Below, piece by piece: positions 44,844-53,435 of a stretch of 53,435 nucleotides of DNA. Numbering within the stretch: the stretch's first letter is position 1; each line of letters begins with the position of its first letter. This DNA is from a virus. Under the pieces are notes generated by a model, which was not told the DNA's origin, ran no database searches, and saw only the letters and a program-made list of their open reading frames with translations. The stretch lies in IMG/VR virus record IMGVR_UViG_3300021495_000007; one strand, written 5' to 3'. A program made the translations under genes and the position numbers.

Positions 44844-47264
44844 CTATATTATAACAGTGGGTTCAGGAGAAGTATGTTTACGAACCCTTAGGTTTTTTAT
44901 ATATGCATGTGCTTTGAGATCAGATCCTGTATATTTTCCTCCGATATTCAAAAAATCTAAAGTTGCAATTCCTGAAATATCAAGATTAGTATTAAGATAA
45001 GTTTCAGTGTAAGATAAATTTTGAATTGTAATATAAGCGGTATTAGAAAGACGCTTTAGAGAACATCGTAGCCAAACTCCAACAGTAGGATCATTACACC
45101 AATAGTCAGACTCTTGAAGGCTATTACCAATAGATATAGCGAGGCGAGAAGTAGGTTGAGTATTACAAAAAAGTGAAGATCCCCCATAATGTTCAAAAGC
45201 TATAAAATCCGATATCGAATTGAAAGTACCGAAATCATTAGACGCTCCAATAAAAAACAAACTACTGGGAATAGAAGATTCGAGATAGTATTCAAATTCG
45301 AGAGCAAAATTATTGAGACTCATTGGATGGTAAGCATAATCATCTGAGATAATTCGATTAGTATGAATATCCATACTTGCAGCATCGGTCTTAGCATATA
45401 AATATTTCGAATTGCCAGTTACCCATTTACTCGTATCTAATAGATAACCTTTGATAGCAGATTGATTACAAGTAGCATATCCTATCGCGCAACCTGCAGT
45501 AGAATCAGAAGTAGGACAACCAAAATACCACATTCGAATAGTGTCCCCACCTATATCATCTTTAGCTATAACCGCATTTTCGATTCTATAACCATCCCAC
45601 TCACCATCAGGGGCGAGATCCATAACCGGATTCTCGAAATATCGCTTCCAATTCACTAAATCCGTACTATATAGAAAGCCCAATTTCCAGTGAAGACCAC
45701 TCGACTGCCCATTATATCCCATAATATACTTACCAGATTCTATTTCACAAATTTTTGCATTCGCAACTCCATGATCATCCCAGGTAAACGGACCATCGCG
45801 TTCAACTACTGGATCGCCACCATTAAGTGGTGTCCATCCTGTTTCTCCATCACTATCACTTGTTATAGCTCCATAAATAGCAAAGAGGGGAGCTTTTGTA
45901 CCTTCCATATACATCACCCACCTGCCATCAGAAAGTTTGATAGCATATGGAAGAACCATAGAATACGGACTTTCAAGATTAAAATCACTCGCTGTGAGTA
46001 TTGGATTTCCGGAATACTTTGTCCAGTTAATACCATCAGAGCTTTCGGCTATGCCTATAGCATAAGAACCACCCGCCTTTCCGCCATAAAACATGATATA
46101 ATCATTTGTACCTCGCTTTACAACTGAACCAATATTAACATCATCAGCATCCCACTCTCCAGCAGTGCCTTCTAATACAGGATTATTTGGGTCCTTTGTC
46201 CAATGAATGCCATCATCGCTTGTTGCTCGTCCTATCCGCCCGATCCCTGAAGCGTCTTTCGCATCGTAGTACATAATGTATTTCCCATTCTCTCGCACCA
46301 AATAGCCTGTCGCATTTATCATTAATGTAGGATCTCTAACTCCAGAAGAATCCCACCCTGAATCAGACTTGATAAGAACGGGATTCCCTTCATAACGAGT
46401 CCACGGTTTTAATTTAACAACATCAAAAATTTTATCATAGTAAACAGGAGAACTACCAGTCTTAAAATCATCAAAGAAGTCAAAGGTTGCATCTCCATTA
46501 CTACTTGGATGAGGACCAGTATCTCCATAAATCATCCATATATACACAGTACTACCAGCAGGTATTACAGGAATTTTGCACCAAATAACAGCATGATCAT
46601 CGCCCCATGATTCTATCCAGAAAGGTAATTCATTATCACTATTATCAACAAAATGGATATCAGAACCATCATCTGAAGAACTATCAAAATCGAAATTGCT
46701 TGGATCCAATTCTATTTTCACTTGATAATCATATAGTGTCTCACTGGTTCCTAAAATTGTAATCATTTGTCTATTCCCCTTCACAATCTTTAGTTGAGAT
46801 GCATCATAATCAACTGATTCTGCAACAATATCTCGTGCAGCATGAGCAATTCTGTAATTATGAAACTTAACATTGGTAATCACTCGTTCATACCCATCAT
46901 CAACATCATCAGATTCTGGATTCCATAGTATTTTACATTCCAAACCTTCTGTTCCGCCCAATCCTGTTGCTTTTAACAAATCATAATGCGTAGAATCATT
47001 CACATAAATGAACTCATTGTAGGTAGTATTTTTGCTATACAAATTGCGTTCGAGTGAACCAGTAACATCTTTAACACCTTCCACAATGGAAACAGGCAGC
47101 CTACTACCAATTACTGAAATCTTATCTATGTCTACACCCGTTTCGGTAGTAAATGAATTAAGTAAAGGGTCACGACCAGCTTTCCAGATACTCTCGTTTA
47201 ACGCCGAAGATACACCAATTCTAATTCGATTATTCCATCCCTTAACTGCTCCATATTCAGGCAT
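44844..47264 (-). CDS. Tail tube paralog fused to DUF2341 and a five-bladed glycosidase-like beta-propeller
   Basis: First ~160 aa roughly 60% identical by eye to 44312-44797; DYQVKI...DGSDIHF...FWIESW (DUF2341); repeated A.S.DG..W.K...NP(V/I)L propeller blades with RDP; C-terminal RKHTSPEPTV. Confidence 0.8.
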   Translation of the reverse strand: MPEYGAVKGWNNRIRIGVSSALNESIWKAGRDPLLNSFTTETGVDIDKISVIGSRLPVSIVEGVKDVTGSLERNLYSKNTTYNEFIYVNDSTHYDLLKATGLGGTEGLECKILWNPESDDVDDGYERVITNVKFHNYRIAHAARDIVAESVDYDASQLKIVKGNRQMITILGTSETLYDYQVKIELDPSNFDFDSSSDDGSDIHFVDNSDNELPFWIESWGDDHAVIWCKIPVIPAGSTVYIWMIYGDTGPHPSSNGDATFDFFDDFKTGSSPVYYDKIFDVVKLKPWTRYEGNPVLIKSDSGWDSSGVRDPTLMINATGYLVRENGKYIMYYDAKDASGIGRIGRATSDDGIHWTKDPNNPVLEGTAGEWDADDVNIGSVVKRGTNDYIMFYGGKAGGSYAIGIAESSDGINWTKYSGNPILTASDFNLESPYSMVLPYAIKLSDGRWVMYMEGTKAPLFAIYGAITSDSDGETGWTPLNGGDPVVERDGPFTWDDHGVANAKICEIESGKYIMGYNGQSSGLHWKLGFLYSTDLVNWKRYFENPVMDLAPDGEWDGYRIENAVIAKDDIGGDTIRMWYFGCPTSDSTAGCAIGYATCNQSAIKGYLLDTSKWVTGNSKYLYAKTDAASMDIHTNRIISDDYAYHPMSLNNFALEFEYYLESSIPSSLFFIGASNDFGTFNSISDFIAFEHYGGSSLFCNTQPTSRLAISIGNSLQESDYWCNDPTVGVWLRCSLKRLSNTAYITIQNLSYTETYLNTNLDISGIATLDFLNIGGKYTGSDLKAHAYIKNLRVRKHTSPEPTVII

Positions 47265-47299
47265 AACACTCTCCAGTAATTACTTTTCCGTATAATTAT

Positions 47300-47422
47300 A
47301 AAATCGCATAAGACGCATATATTTAGCCGTGAACAAAATATTTTTACTTATCCTATACTTTATATTACCTTCCACAATAAAATTGCAATGAACATGATGT
47401 ATGGACGTCTCACGCAAAATTT
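47300..47422. repeat. Dispersed quasi-palindromic element, copy H
   Basis: 47306-47328 is a 22/23 inverted match to copy E 19239-19261; core CCTATACTTTATATTACC; on the minus strand it begins at the upstream stop codon. Confidence 0.85.
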
Positions 47423-47843
47423 ATGCCTCTACCTTGACATGAACTACTGCTGATTGTAATATCCATTTCTCAATAGGAGAATATTCTAAATCTATACCGC
47501 CATTATAATCTAATTCATACCATTTGGAATCATCATGACGTAATGTTCTAAGCTTTTCCATTATAGCATCTAAATCTTCTAATAACCGTGTACCTCGATA
47601 ATCAAATGGTACTCTTGTGACTAAATGAATTTCTATTTCTATAATTGCATATTCATCTTCTTCTAATATTCCACCTCTATAGACAGGAGTTATTCTGGTT
47701 GGTACAATAAAACACACAGGAAAGAAATCAGTAGCAGTAGGAAACCTTAAAAAATGCATTACCTTATAGTTACTAAGAGCATCATCGATTTCAGTCTTCA
47801 ATATATCCATTACCAAATTTAATTTATCAACTAAAGAAGTCAT
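47421..47843 (-). CDS. Probable tail terminator/completion protein
   Basis: 140 aa upstream of the tube genes; FPVCFIVP...IEIHLV beta pattern; inferred from synteny. Confidence 0.55.
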   Translation of the reverse strand: MTSLVDKLNLVMDILKTEIDDALSNYKVMHFLRFPTATDFFPVCFIVPTRITPVYRGGILEEDEYAIIEIEIHLVTRVPFDYRGTRLLEDLDAIMEKLRTLRHDDSKWYELDYNGGIDLEYSPIEKWILQSAVVHVKVEA

Positions 47844-48169
47844 TTATTAACCTTTCTAATTTTATATATCTCACCTATAGAATTCATAGCCTGTTTGAGA
47901 TAAGATTCGCCTACACGTTTGAATTCACCTGCAGTTGCTGGCACTTCAGTAGTAAACCCGCCTGTACTAATTGTAAATAAATAAGCTGTATAGAAATTAA
48001 CAGCTGCATTTTTGGCATCAGAACTCACCTCACTCAAAACATCAGACGGATAAAATGTATTTAACCACACATTAGCGAGCTCTTTTAAATATATTAACTT
48101 CTCTTCTTGCTCACCAACATTGAGTTCTAAAATCTGCCTAATCACCTCAATATTTCCATACTCACTCAT
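47840..48169 (-). CDS. Probable head-tail adaptor
   Basis: 109 aa helical (AKNAAVNFYTAYL); inferred from synteny. Confidence 0.5.
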   Translation of the reverse strand: MSEYGNIEVIRQILELNVGEQEEKLIYLKELANVWLNTFYPSDVLSEVSSDAKNAAVNFYTAYLFTISTGGFTTEVPATAGEFKRVGESYLKQAMNSIGEIYKIRKVNK

Positions 48170-48477
48170 TTTTTCCTACTCGGATTCACATAAAAGAATT
48201 TTTCTTCATAAAAATGATAGCCTTCTGATGTACCATGTATTATCGCATAATAACCTCCTTGTTGGAAAGAGGCATTTGAAAGATAAACATCAAGAGAGTA
48301 TTCACCTGTTGCATTATGATCCATGGGTTTGTTTTCAATGATTTTATTGTTATCGAAATCTACAATATCAAGATAAATTTCATCAGGATCCGCTAACTCG
48401 TTATTCGTATCACGAACTTCTATTTTGAATGTTATACTATCACCAATCTCATACCTTTTTTCGACCGTTCTAATCAC
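48166..48477 (-). CDS. Ig-like virion protein
   Basis: GDSITFKIEVRD...DPD...GEY...GYY Ig-like pattern; GTG start at 48477 after AGGG. Confidence 0.6.
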   Translation of the reverse strand: MIRTVEKRYEIGDSITFKIEVRDTNNELADPDEIYLDIVDFDNNKIIENKPMDHNATGEYSLDVYLSNASFQQGGYYAIIHGTSEGYHFYEEKFFYVNPSRKK

Positions 48478-49537
48478 CCCTACATTTATGAACAAAATGT
48501 AGTAAACTATCTTCGGGAGTAATCAGTCTGAGGGACGGATTGCTCCTCGCTACTCTCTCGCCGATATTCCATGCCCCTACCGTGTCAGCTGCCTCCGTAT
48601 AACCACAGCTGACACAGCTGAACACTTCATCACGCCGACGATTCGCTCTACTCGTGAACCCACACTTAGGGCATTTGAGGGAGCTAAATGCAGGATTCAC
48701 TTTATAAAGGCAGAAACCTTCCACCTTTCCCATCTCTTCTAATTTATGAGCGAGATGAGCATAAGCCCAATTATTGTTTAGTCTCCTGAATCGTCTACTT
48801 CTTCCTCTCTTGCCTTTGAATGACAATTTCTCTACTGCAAAATCACAACCCGGATACGCTTCCACTATTTCCTTCGCTATCCTGTTCAGTCCTTGTTTAT
48901 ATGCCGATAATCCTTTATACTTTCGCCATTTAGTTCTTATCCTCAAATCTCTCAGCTCGTCCCCGAATCTTTGCCCGTCTGATACTACCGCAGGATGATT
49001 CATTCCCACATCTATACCGACCACCTTAGTATTATGTGATTTTTTCTCTGCGATCTCAAAGAAAAAAGTGGCATAGTAATCATTCCCCTTTCTTTTTATC
49101 TTAAAGGATTTTCTTAGTTTTCCTCTTTCTAATGCTTTATTAAACTCCCTATGCTTCTTACAAGGTAGTTTCAGCCTCTTTCCTTTTCTCAGACTAATAA
49201 CATTTAGCCAGAGGTCGAATTCTTTTGTTTGCAAATCGGAGATAATATAAGCGGAACACTCGTTGAGGTCTATCTCATTACCGCTATAACAAGGTCTCTT
49301 TTTCTGCCCTATCTTTTTCGCACCCTTTACGATTTGCCATGCCTTTACCGCTGCATCTCTTATCAGCCGCCCGCCTCTTGTATATTCTTTTGGTGGATAA
49401 CTCCCAAAGGAATTTTTAAATACCCAAAATAGCTTTATGAAATGATTAACTTTATCAGTCCAAAACGATATTAGCTGATTAAGCTCTTTCTTCTTGCCTG
49501 TATTTGGGTATATCTTTAGTTGATATGACTTTATCAT
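48470..49537 (-). mobile_element. tnpB: Solo TnpB (IS200/IS605 or IS607 superfamily RNA-guided nuclease), no tnpA
   Basis: RuvC I VGIDVG, II AVEKL, III ADTVGAWNI; Zn finger CPKC/CVSC; subterminal hairpin CTACATTT-N7-AAATGTAG 48480-48502; GC higher than flanks. Confidence 0.9.
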
Positions 49538-49538
49538 C

Positions 49539-50912
49539 TCACTCTCGCTCTATTGTTTCTATATTTATGCTAATATTGAATTTTTTAATATCAATAGTGA
49601 GATATTTAACAAGAGCCTTAGACCTCTTCACAGTTGTCAGGATAGGAGCAAATAACAGAGGAGCAGTAAGCGAATACTCATAAACCATTTGGATCAGAGG
49701 CACAAAAGCAGCTTCAGTTGAAATTGTTAGTATGCCTTTGGTTATACGTTCACTACTATACGTATCTTCAAGTGGCATCAAAACTAAATCTTCTAACATG
49801 CTTTCAAGTGTAACTTTAGAAGCTGTACTAAGAATCTGACTGAATCTGATATTAGAAGTAATGCTTGATATATGATTTAAGAATAATTTTAAAGGTACGT
49901 GCAAATCTCTAACAAAACTACTTAATGTATTAACTGTTAAGTAATAATTAATGAAGGTATCAAATACTGAGATTAAATTTGGATATATACTAAGTGGAAG
50001 AAGAAACAGAAAAGAAGATTGAAAATCAATATGCGGTTTTAAACCCAAAGATAAATAAATATTGAGATAATCAGTAGGAACAATGATATGTAGCTTAAAC
50101 AATAGAGACAAAGAACTAAGTACATTTCTAACAGATGCGAATCGAAATTGGAATTGAAGCGGCATTAGAACCAATAAAGAAGTAGAGATGATTTCTTCCC
50201 ATGCAGGATAAGCATAATAATTTTCAGCATCAACTACCGGTTTTATTGAATCAATTATGCCTTTTTCATATTTATAAGACAAAAAAGGATGAAGATTATA
50301 AGGAGTTAGAAGAAAAAAGAGTAAGGAAGATTCAAATTCATTAGTGAAAGAAAAATCATATACTAAATCGAAACGAAGAAGAGATTCAAAGAATTTTAAA
50401 CACTTGTAGTCTAATTTAATAGTTTTTGAAATTAATCCTTCATTTAGAAATTCATAGAATTCGTCACAATTAAGAATGAACTGTAGATAGATATGTTCAG
50501 GAGGCAACCATGATGGAAATGCATAATCGTTTTCGCTTCTAACAACTGGTTTAATAGTATCTGAAATAGTTTCACCATAAGTGTATTGAATAAAAGGATA
50601 GAGAAGAGGAGAAGAAATTAATAAATCACTATCAATTAAATCAAGGATATTAGCATGAGCATCGAGAAAGTTTAACGTGTTAGGCGTAAAGTATTCATTA
50701 GTAATAGGGAAAGAAGGAGAAAAAGAAACTGGGATGGTGAGACAAATATCAGAAATTGGAACTGCAAATTGACCATAAATACGATTATTGGCACAAACGG
50801 TAGCTTTGAACGTATCAAAACGAGAAAGAACACTCTTTAACGATGGAGCTTCTTCATAAACTACCGGGGGTAGAAAATTATCCATTCCGATGACAGTCTT
50901 TTCTAAAGACAT
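49539..50912 (-). CDS. Putative virion protein, Phe/Leu/Ser/Pro-rich with internal repeat
   Basis: 457 aa in the structural operon; duplicated LxPF...Y...DxIKPVV..EN.YA.P.W segment. Confidence 0.65.
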   Translation of the reverse strand: MSLEKTVIGMDNFLPPVVYEEAPSLKSVLSRFDTFKATVCANNRIYGQFAVPISDICLTIPVSFSPSFPITNEYFTPNTLNFLDAHANILDLIDSDLLISSPLLYPFIQYTYGETISDTIKPVVRSENDYAFPSWLPPEHIYLQFILNCDEFYEFLNEGLISKTIKLDYKCLKFFESLLRFDLVYDFSFTNEFESSLLFFLLTPYNLHPFLSYKYEKGIIDSIKPVVDAENYYAYPAWEEIISTSLLVLMPLQFQFRFASVRNVLSSLSLLFKLHIIVPTDYLNIYLSLGLKPHIDFQSSFLFLLPLSIYPNLISVFDTFINYYLTVNTLSSFVRDLHVPLKLFLNHISSITSNIRFSQILSTASKVTLESMLEDLVLMPLEDTYSSERITKGILTISTEAAFVPLIQMVYEYSLTAPLLFAPILTTVKRSKALVKYLTIDIKKFNISINIETIERE

Positions 50913-50919
50913 TTTTTAC

Positions 50920-51996
50920 TTAAACAACCACAACAGGTTCAGGGGAAGAAAATTTCCGAGCATTAATATATAAACCCATTTTGTCTATATAATAATTATA
51001 ATGAAGTAGAATCTCGGTATCGGTTAATGCCCTATGATAAATACGAACTTCATCAATAATACCTTTAAACGGTGAATGAAAAGTAGAACCATAATGATTC
51101 GCTCCAATAAACCATGAATAAGTTTCTGGCTTCGACATTCCTGATTTCATACCTCTGTATTGCCCATCAACATAAATCTTATGGACAGTCCCATCTGTTA
51201 CAAGAGTATAGAAATGCCAATTAGTATCAAGTGTGTAATTGTTTCCTTCATTACTCCAAGCATAAGCACCAACACCGATACCTAAATAACCATTATTATC
51301 GAATCCAAAATAATGTCTGTCTGTACCTGTACTTGGTGATTGTGTGCCTACAATAATACAATCCTTTTGATTTGCAACAGCACTCTTAGCCCAAGCCTCA
51401 ATTGTAACTTTATCTGTAATATTTAAATCGGTATAATTCGGAAAGAAAATGTAATCATCCACACCATCGAATGATCCAGCACGATTAAATTTACCGTTTG
51501 CTACTGTATTTGCTCCATTATAAGCGACACCATGATTACTCCCAACTGAATCTTTTACTTCTCCTGTTGCACCTGTCCACACCAATTCGTCCAGATGCCA
51601 TAAAGCAACTACATCTTGGATATCAAATTGTTCAAATAAATTATAACCATCACTAAGAGAAGAAGCAGCAGGATTACCGTAAATTATCCATATTTTCTTA
51701 CTTCTATTCGCTGGGATATAAGGAATCTTACACCATATAACTGCTTCATCAGTACTCCATGACTCTATCCAGTAAGATAACCCTTTCCCTGTTTCATCTC
51801 TAAATCGTATATCGCTACCATCTGATTTACATCTTTCGAAAGGAAAATTACTATTATTGAGAACTATTCTAACTTGATAGTCTCTTAAGTCTGTATTACT
51901 ACCTATAATGCGAATCGGACGAATATAGCCAAATTTCTCAAACGGTGAATAAGGATTCCTAAGAGGCAGCATAGAAGGTAAGGAGTATTTCGTCAT
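50920..51996 (-). CDS. DUF2341 + LamG/concanavalin-like lectin protein
   Basis: DYQVRI...DGSDIRF...YWIESW; ALWHLDE...GKFNRAGSFDG...WHFY...GIIDEVRIYHRAL; ends RKFSSPEPVV. Confidence 0.85.
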   Translation of the reverse strand: MTKYSLPSMLPLRNPYSPFEKFGYIRPIRIIGSNTDLRDYQVRIVLNNSNFPFERCKSDGSDIRFRDETGKGLSYWIESWSTDEAVIWCKIPYIPANRSKKIWIIYGNPAASSLSDGYNLFEQFDIQDVVALWHLDELVWTGATGEVKDSVGSNHGVAYNGANTVANGKFNRAGSFDGVDDYIFFPNYTDLNITDKVTIEAWAKSAVANQKDCIIVGTQSPSTGTDRHYFGFDNNGYLGIGVGAYAWSNEGNNYTLDTNWHFYTLVTDGTVHKIYVDGQYRGMKSGMSKPETYSWFIGANHYGSTFHSPFKGIIDEVRIYHRALTDTEILLHYNYYIDKMGLYINARKFSSPEPVVVV

Positions 51997-52002
51997 TTCT
52001 AA

Positions 52003-52989
52003 TTACACAATAACAGTAGGTTCAGGATATGCATATTTACGAACAATGAACGGTGGCAAGAACTCACCTCCCGCACAACCATCGGTCATAAGACCAATAT
52101 CCCCTTTATCATAACTATTATCAGTAACTAAAAATATTGTATTCCCATTTTCGAGTACTTCAATAGTATCACCATAACGTCTAATCTTAATTGTAACCGT
52201 GTCAGAAACTCCAGGTGCACTCGTATCATCTGCCAAACTACTTACACAATGAGCATCATTATTTTTGCCTATCCACCGAAATGTATCACGTGCACAAGTT
52301 GTCCCACTGGTATCAATACCTGTATAATCATTTGTATACGAATAATGATAGAAATGAGACGTATCAGTATAACAAAACACCATACCTATAATATCATCAT
52401 CTACTTCTTTAGTTTTAATAGTAATTTCAAAATTACTAATGGAAAGACCGGTCATTAAAGCACTCCCGAAAGTCTCACCACCGTTAGCTGTAAAAATATT
52501 GGATGCCTGTATCATTTTCTTATTAATAAAATCGAGATCCCAATTAGACGGTGATTCACCAGTACCTTCATCTACGACTGTATAATCTGAAAGGAAATGA
52601 ATACCAGAAAAATCATCATAGAAATCAAAGGTGGCTAATGGATTACTTTTAGATTCAGCAGAGGGATTACCATACACCATCCATAGAAATGTAGAACTCT
52701 CTTCAGGTATATACGGAACTCTACACCATATTATGGCTTGATTGTCACTCCAAGATTCTATCCAATAAGAAACTATTTCACCAGAATCATCTCTGAATCG
52801 AATATCAGCGCCATCAGGTCTGCATTTCTCAAACGGAAAATTATCTTGAGTGAGTGTAATCTTGACTTGATAGTCCTTGAGAGCAGCACCAGAATTCTCT
52901 ATCTTGATAGGTCTAATGAAATTGAAACCCCTAAATAATGAATAGGGATTGGGCAAGGGTATCGGCTGAGGTAGAGAATATTTAGCCAT
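52003..52989 (-). CDS. DUF2341 + TSP-C/ConA-like lectin protein
   Basis: DYQVKI...DGADIRF...YWIESW; DDDIIGMVFCYTDTSHFY; ends RKYAYPEPTV. Confidence 0.8.
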   Translation of the reverse strand: MAKYSLPQPIPLPNPYSLFRGFNFIRPIKIENSGAALKDYQVKITLTQDNFPFEKCRPDGADIRFRDDSGEIVSYWIESWSDNQAIIWCRVPYIPEESSTFLWMVYGNPSAESKSNPLATFDFYDDFSGIHFLSDYTVVDEGTGESPSNWDLDFINKKMIQASNIFTANGGETFGSALMTGLSISNFEITIKTKEVDDDIIGMVFCYTDTSHFYHYSYTNDYTGIDTSGTTCARDTFRWIGKNNDAHCVSSLADDTSAPGVSDTVTIKIRRYGDTIEVLENGNTIFLVTDNSYDKGDIGLMTDGCAGGEFLPPFIVRKYAYPEPTVIV

Positions 52990-53361
52990 TTACACAGTAC
53001 CTTGAGTAGCGTACACCTTCACATTACTTACAGCTTTATTATCTTGATTCAACACTGTAACTCGCATGTATTTCGGATCGGGACAGATAGGAACAGTAGC
53101 ACGAGCAACAGAACCCGGTGCTAACTCATTATCGAAATATCCATAGGGCACAGTATCAACATCATTCCAATCACTCTGAGCTGTATATATCCTGAGCTGC
53201 ACTGGATGCGAAGCATTAGAAGCATACTGAGCCTCGACAGTTAATGCGAGCTGTATAGTAGAAGATAAATCAATAGTACTACAACTTGATAAACTTGATT
53301 CAGTACTTGCATTCAAACTACTAAGAGACAATATTTGCCAAGTGGACTTATTTAATGCCAT
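52990..53361 (-). CDS. Small beta-rich virion protein (possible head decoration)
   Basis: 123 aa, GAGGT RBS, jelly-roll-like pattern ending YMRVTVLN...VKVYATQG. Confidence 0.5.
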   Translation of the reverse strand: MALNKSTWQILSLSSLNASTESSLSSCSTIDLSSTIQLALTVEAQYASNASHPVQLRIYTAQSDWNDVDTVPYGYFDNELAPGSVARATVPICPDPKYMRVTVLNQDNKAVSNVKVYATQGTV

Positions 53362-53399
53362 ACCTCTTCTTCTCCTCCTTTAATTTTTAAATTTTATAT

Positions 53400-53435
53400 C
53401 TAACCTTGTGTAACAGCAACCTGAGCAGTAATCTT
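53400..53435 (-). CDS. 3' end of a truncated gene, possibly a paralog of 52990-53361
   Basis: Reads KITAQVAVTQG-stop, echoing VKVYATQG of the next gene. Confidence 0.4.
   Translation of the reverse strand, partial: KITAQVAVTQG

Noticed and set aside
790-47422. Integron attC sites for the dispersed elements
   Set aside because: No RYYYAAC/GTTRRRY ends and no integron integrase; most genes lack such a site.
48470-49537. Autonomous IS element or Cas12 CRISPR effector
   Set aside because: No tnpA (Y1 or serine recombinase) and no CRISPR array; 355 aa fits TnpB.
595-52938. Short antisense ORFs in the track (e.g. 5663-5980, 18663-19100, 39154-39579, 45690-46127)
   Set aside because: They lie opposite well-supported genes, lack RBS and show shadow-frame composition.
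1-53435. Integrase, terminase, portal, major capsid protein, DNA polymerase
   Set aside because: No recognisable motifs in any ORF; head genes probably lie beyond the right edge, so lifestyle and genome ends cannot be called.

Overview
This window is a partial genome of a low-GC, tailed dsDNA virus of an anaerobic archaeon. The archaeal assignment rests on a PCNA, a fused PriS-PriL primase, an XPF/ERCC4 nuclease, GGAGG/GAGGTG ribosome-binding sites and a tRNA-like gene with an anticodon-loop insert. A class III ribonucleotide reductase (RNR) implies an anoxic host. A long tape measure gene and no sheath gene suggest a siphovirus-like tail. Layout: (i) 1-~1900 is an almost gene-free, repeat-rich control region; (ii) ~1950-28125 is a plus-strand block of small ORFs plus replication, recombination and nucleotide-metabolism genes; (iii) a convergent inverted repeat sits at ~28150-28200; (iv) 28231-53435 is a minus-strand virion module (fibres, hub, two distal-tail-like genes, tape measure, chaperones, two tail-tube paralogs, neck, three DUF2341 proteins) interrupted by a solo tnpB. 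Capsid, portal, terminase, DNA polymerase and integrase were not seen. The most striking unexplained signals are: eight dispersed ~100-125 bp quasi-palindromic intergenic elements whose arms and AT-rich cores are swapped or inverted between copies; a duplicated tail-tube/chaperone set in which one tube is fused to DUF2341 and a glycosidase-like propeller; a compact structured-RNA candidate in front of an HNH-like domain and the tRNA-like gene; and a tnpB that appears to borrow its start and stop codons from its insertion site. All family assignments come from motif recognition by eye; no database search or folding program was run.
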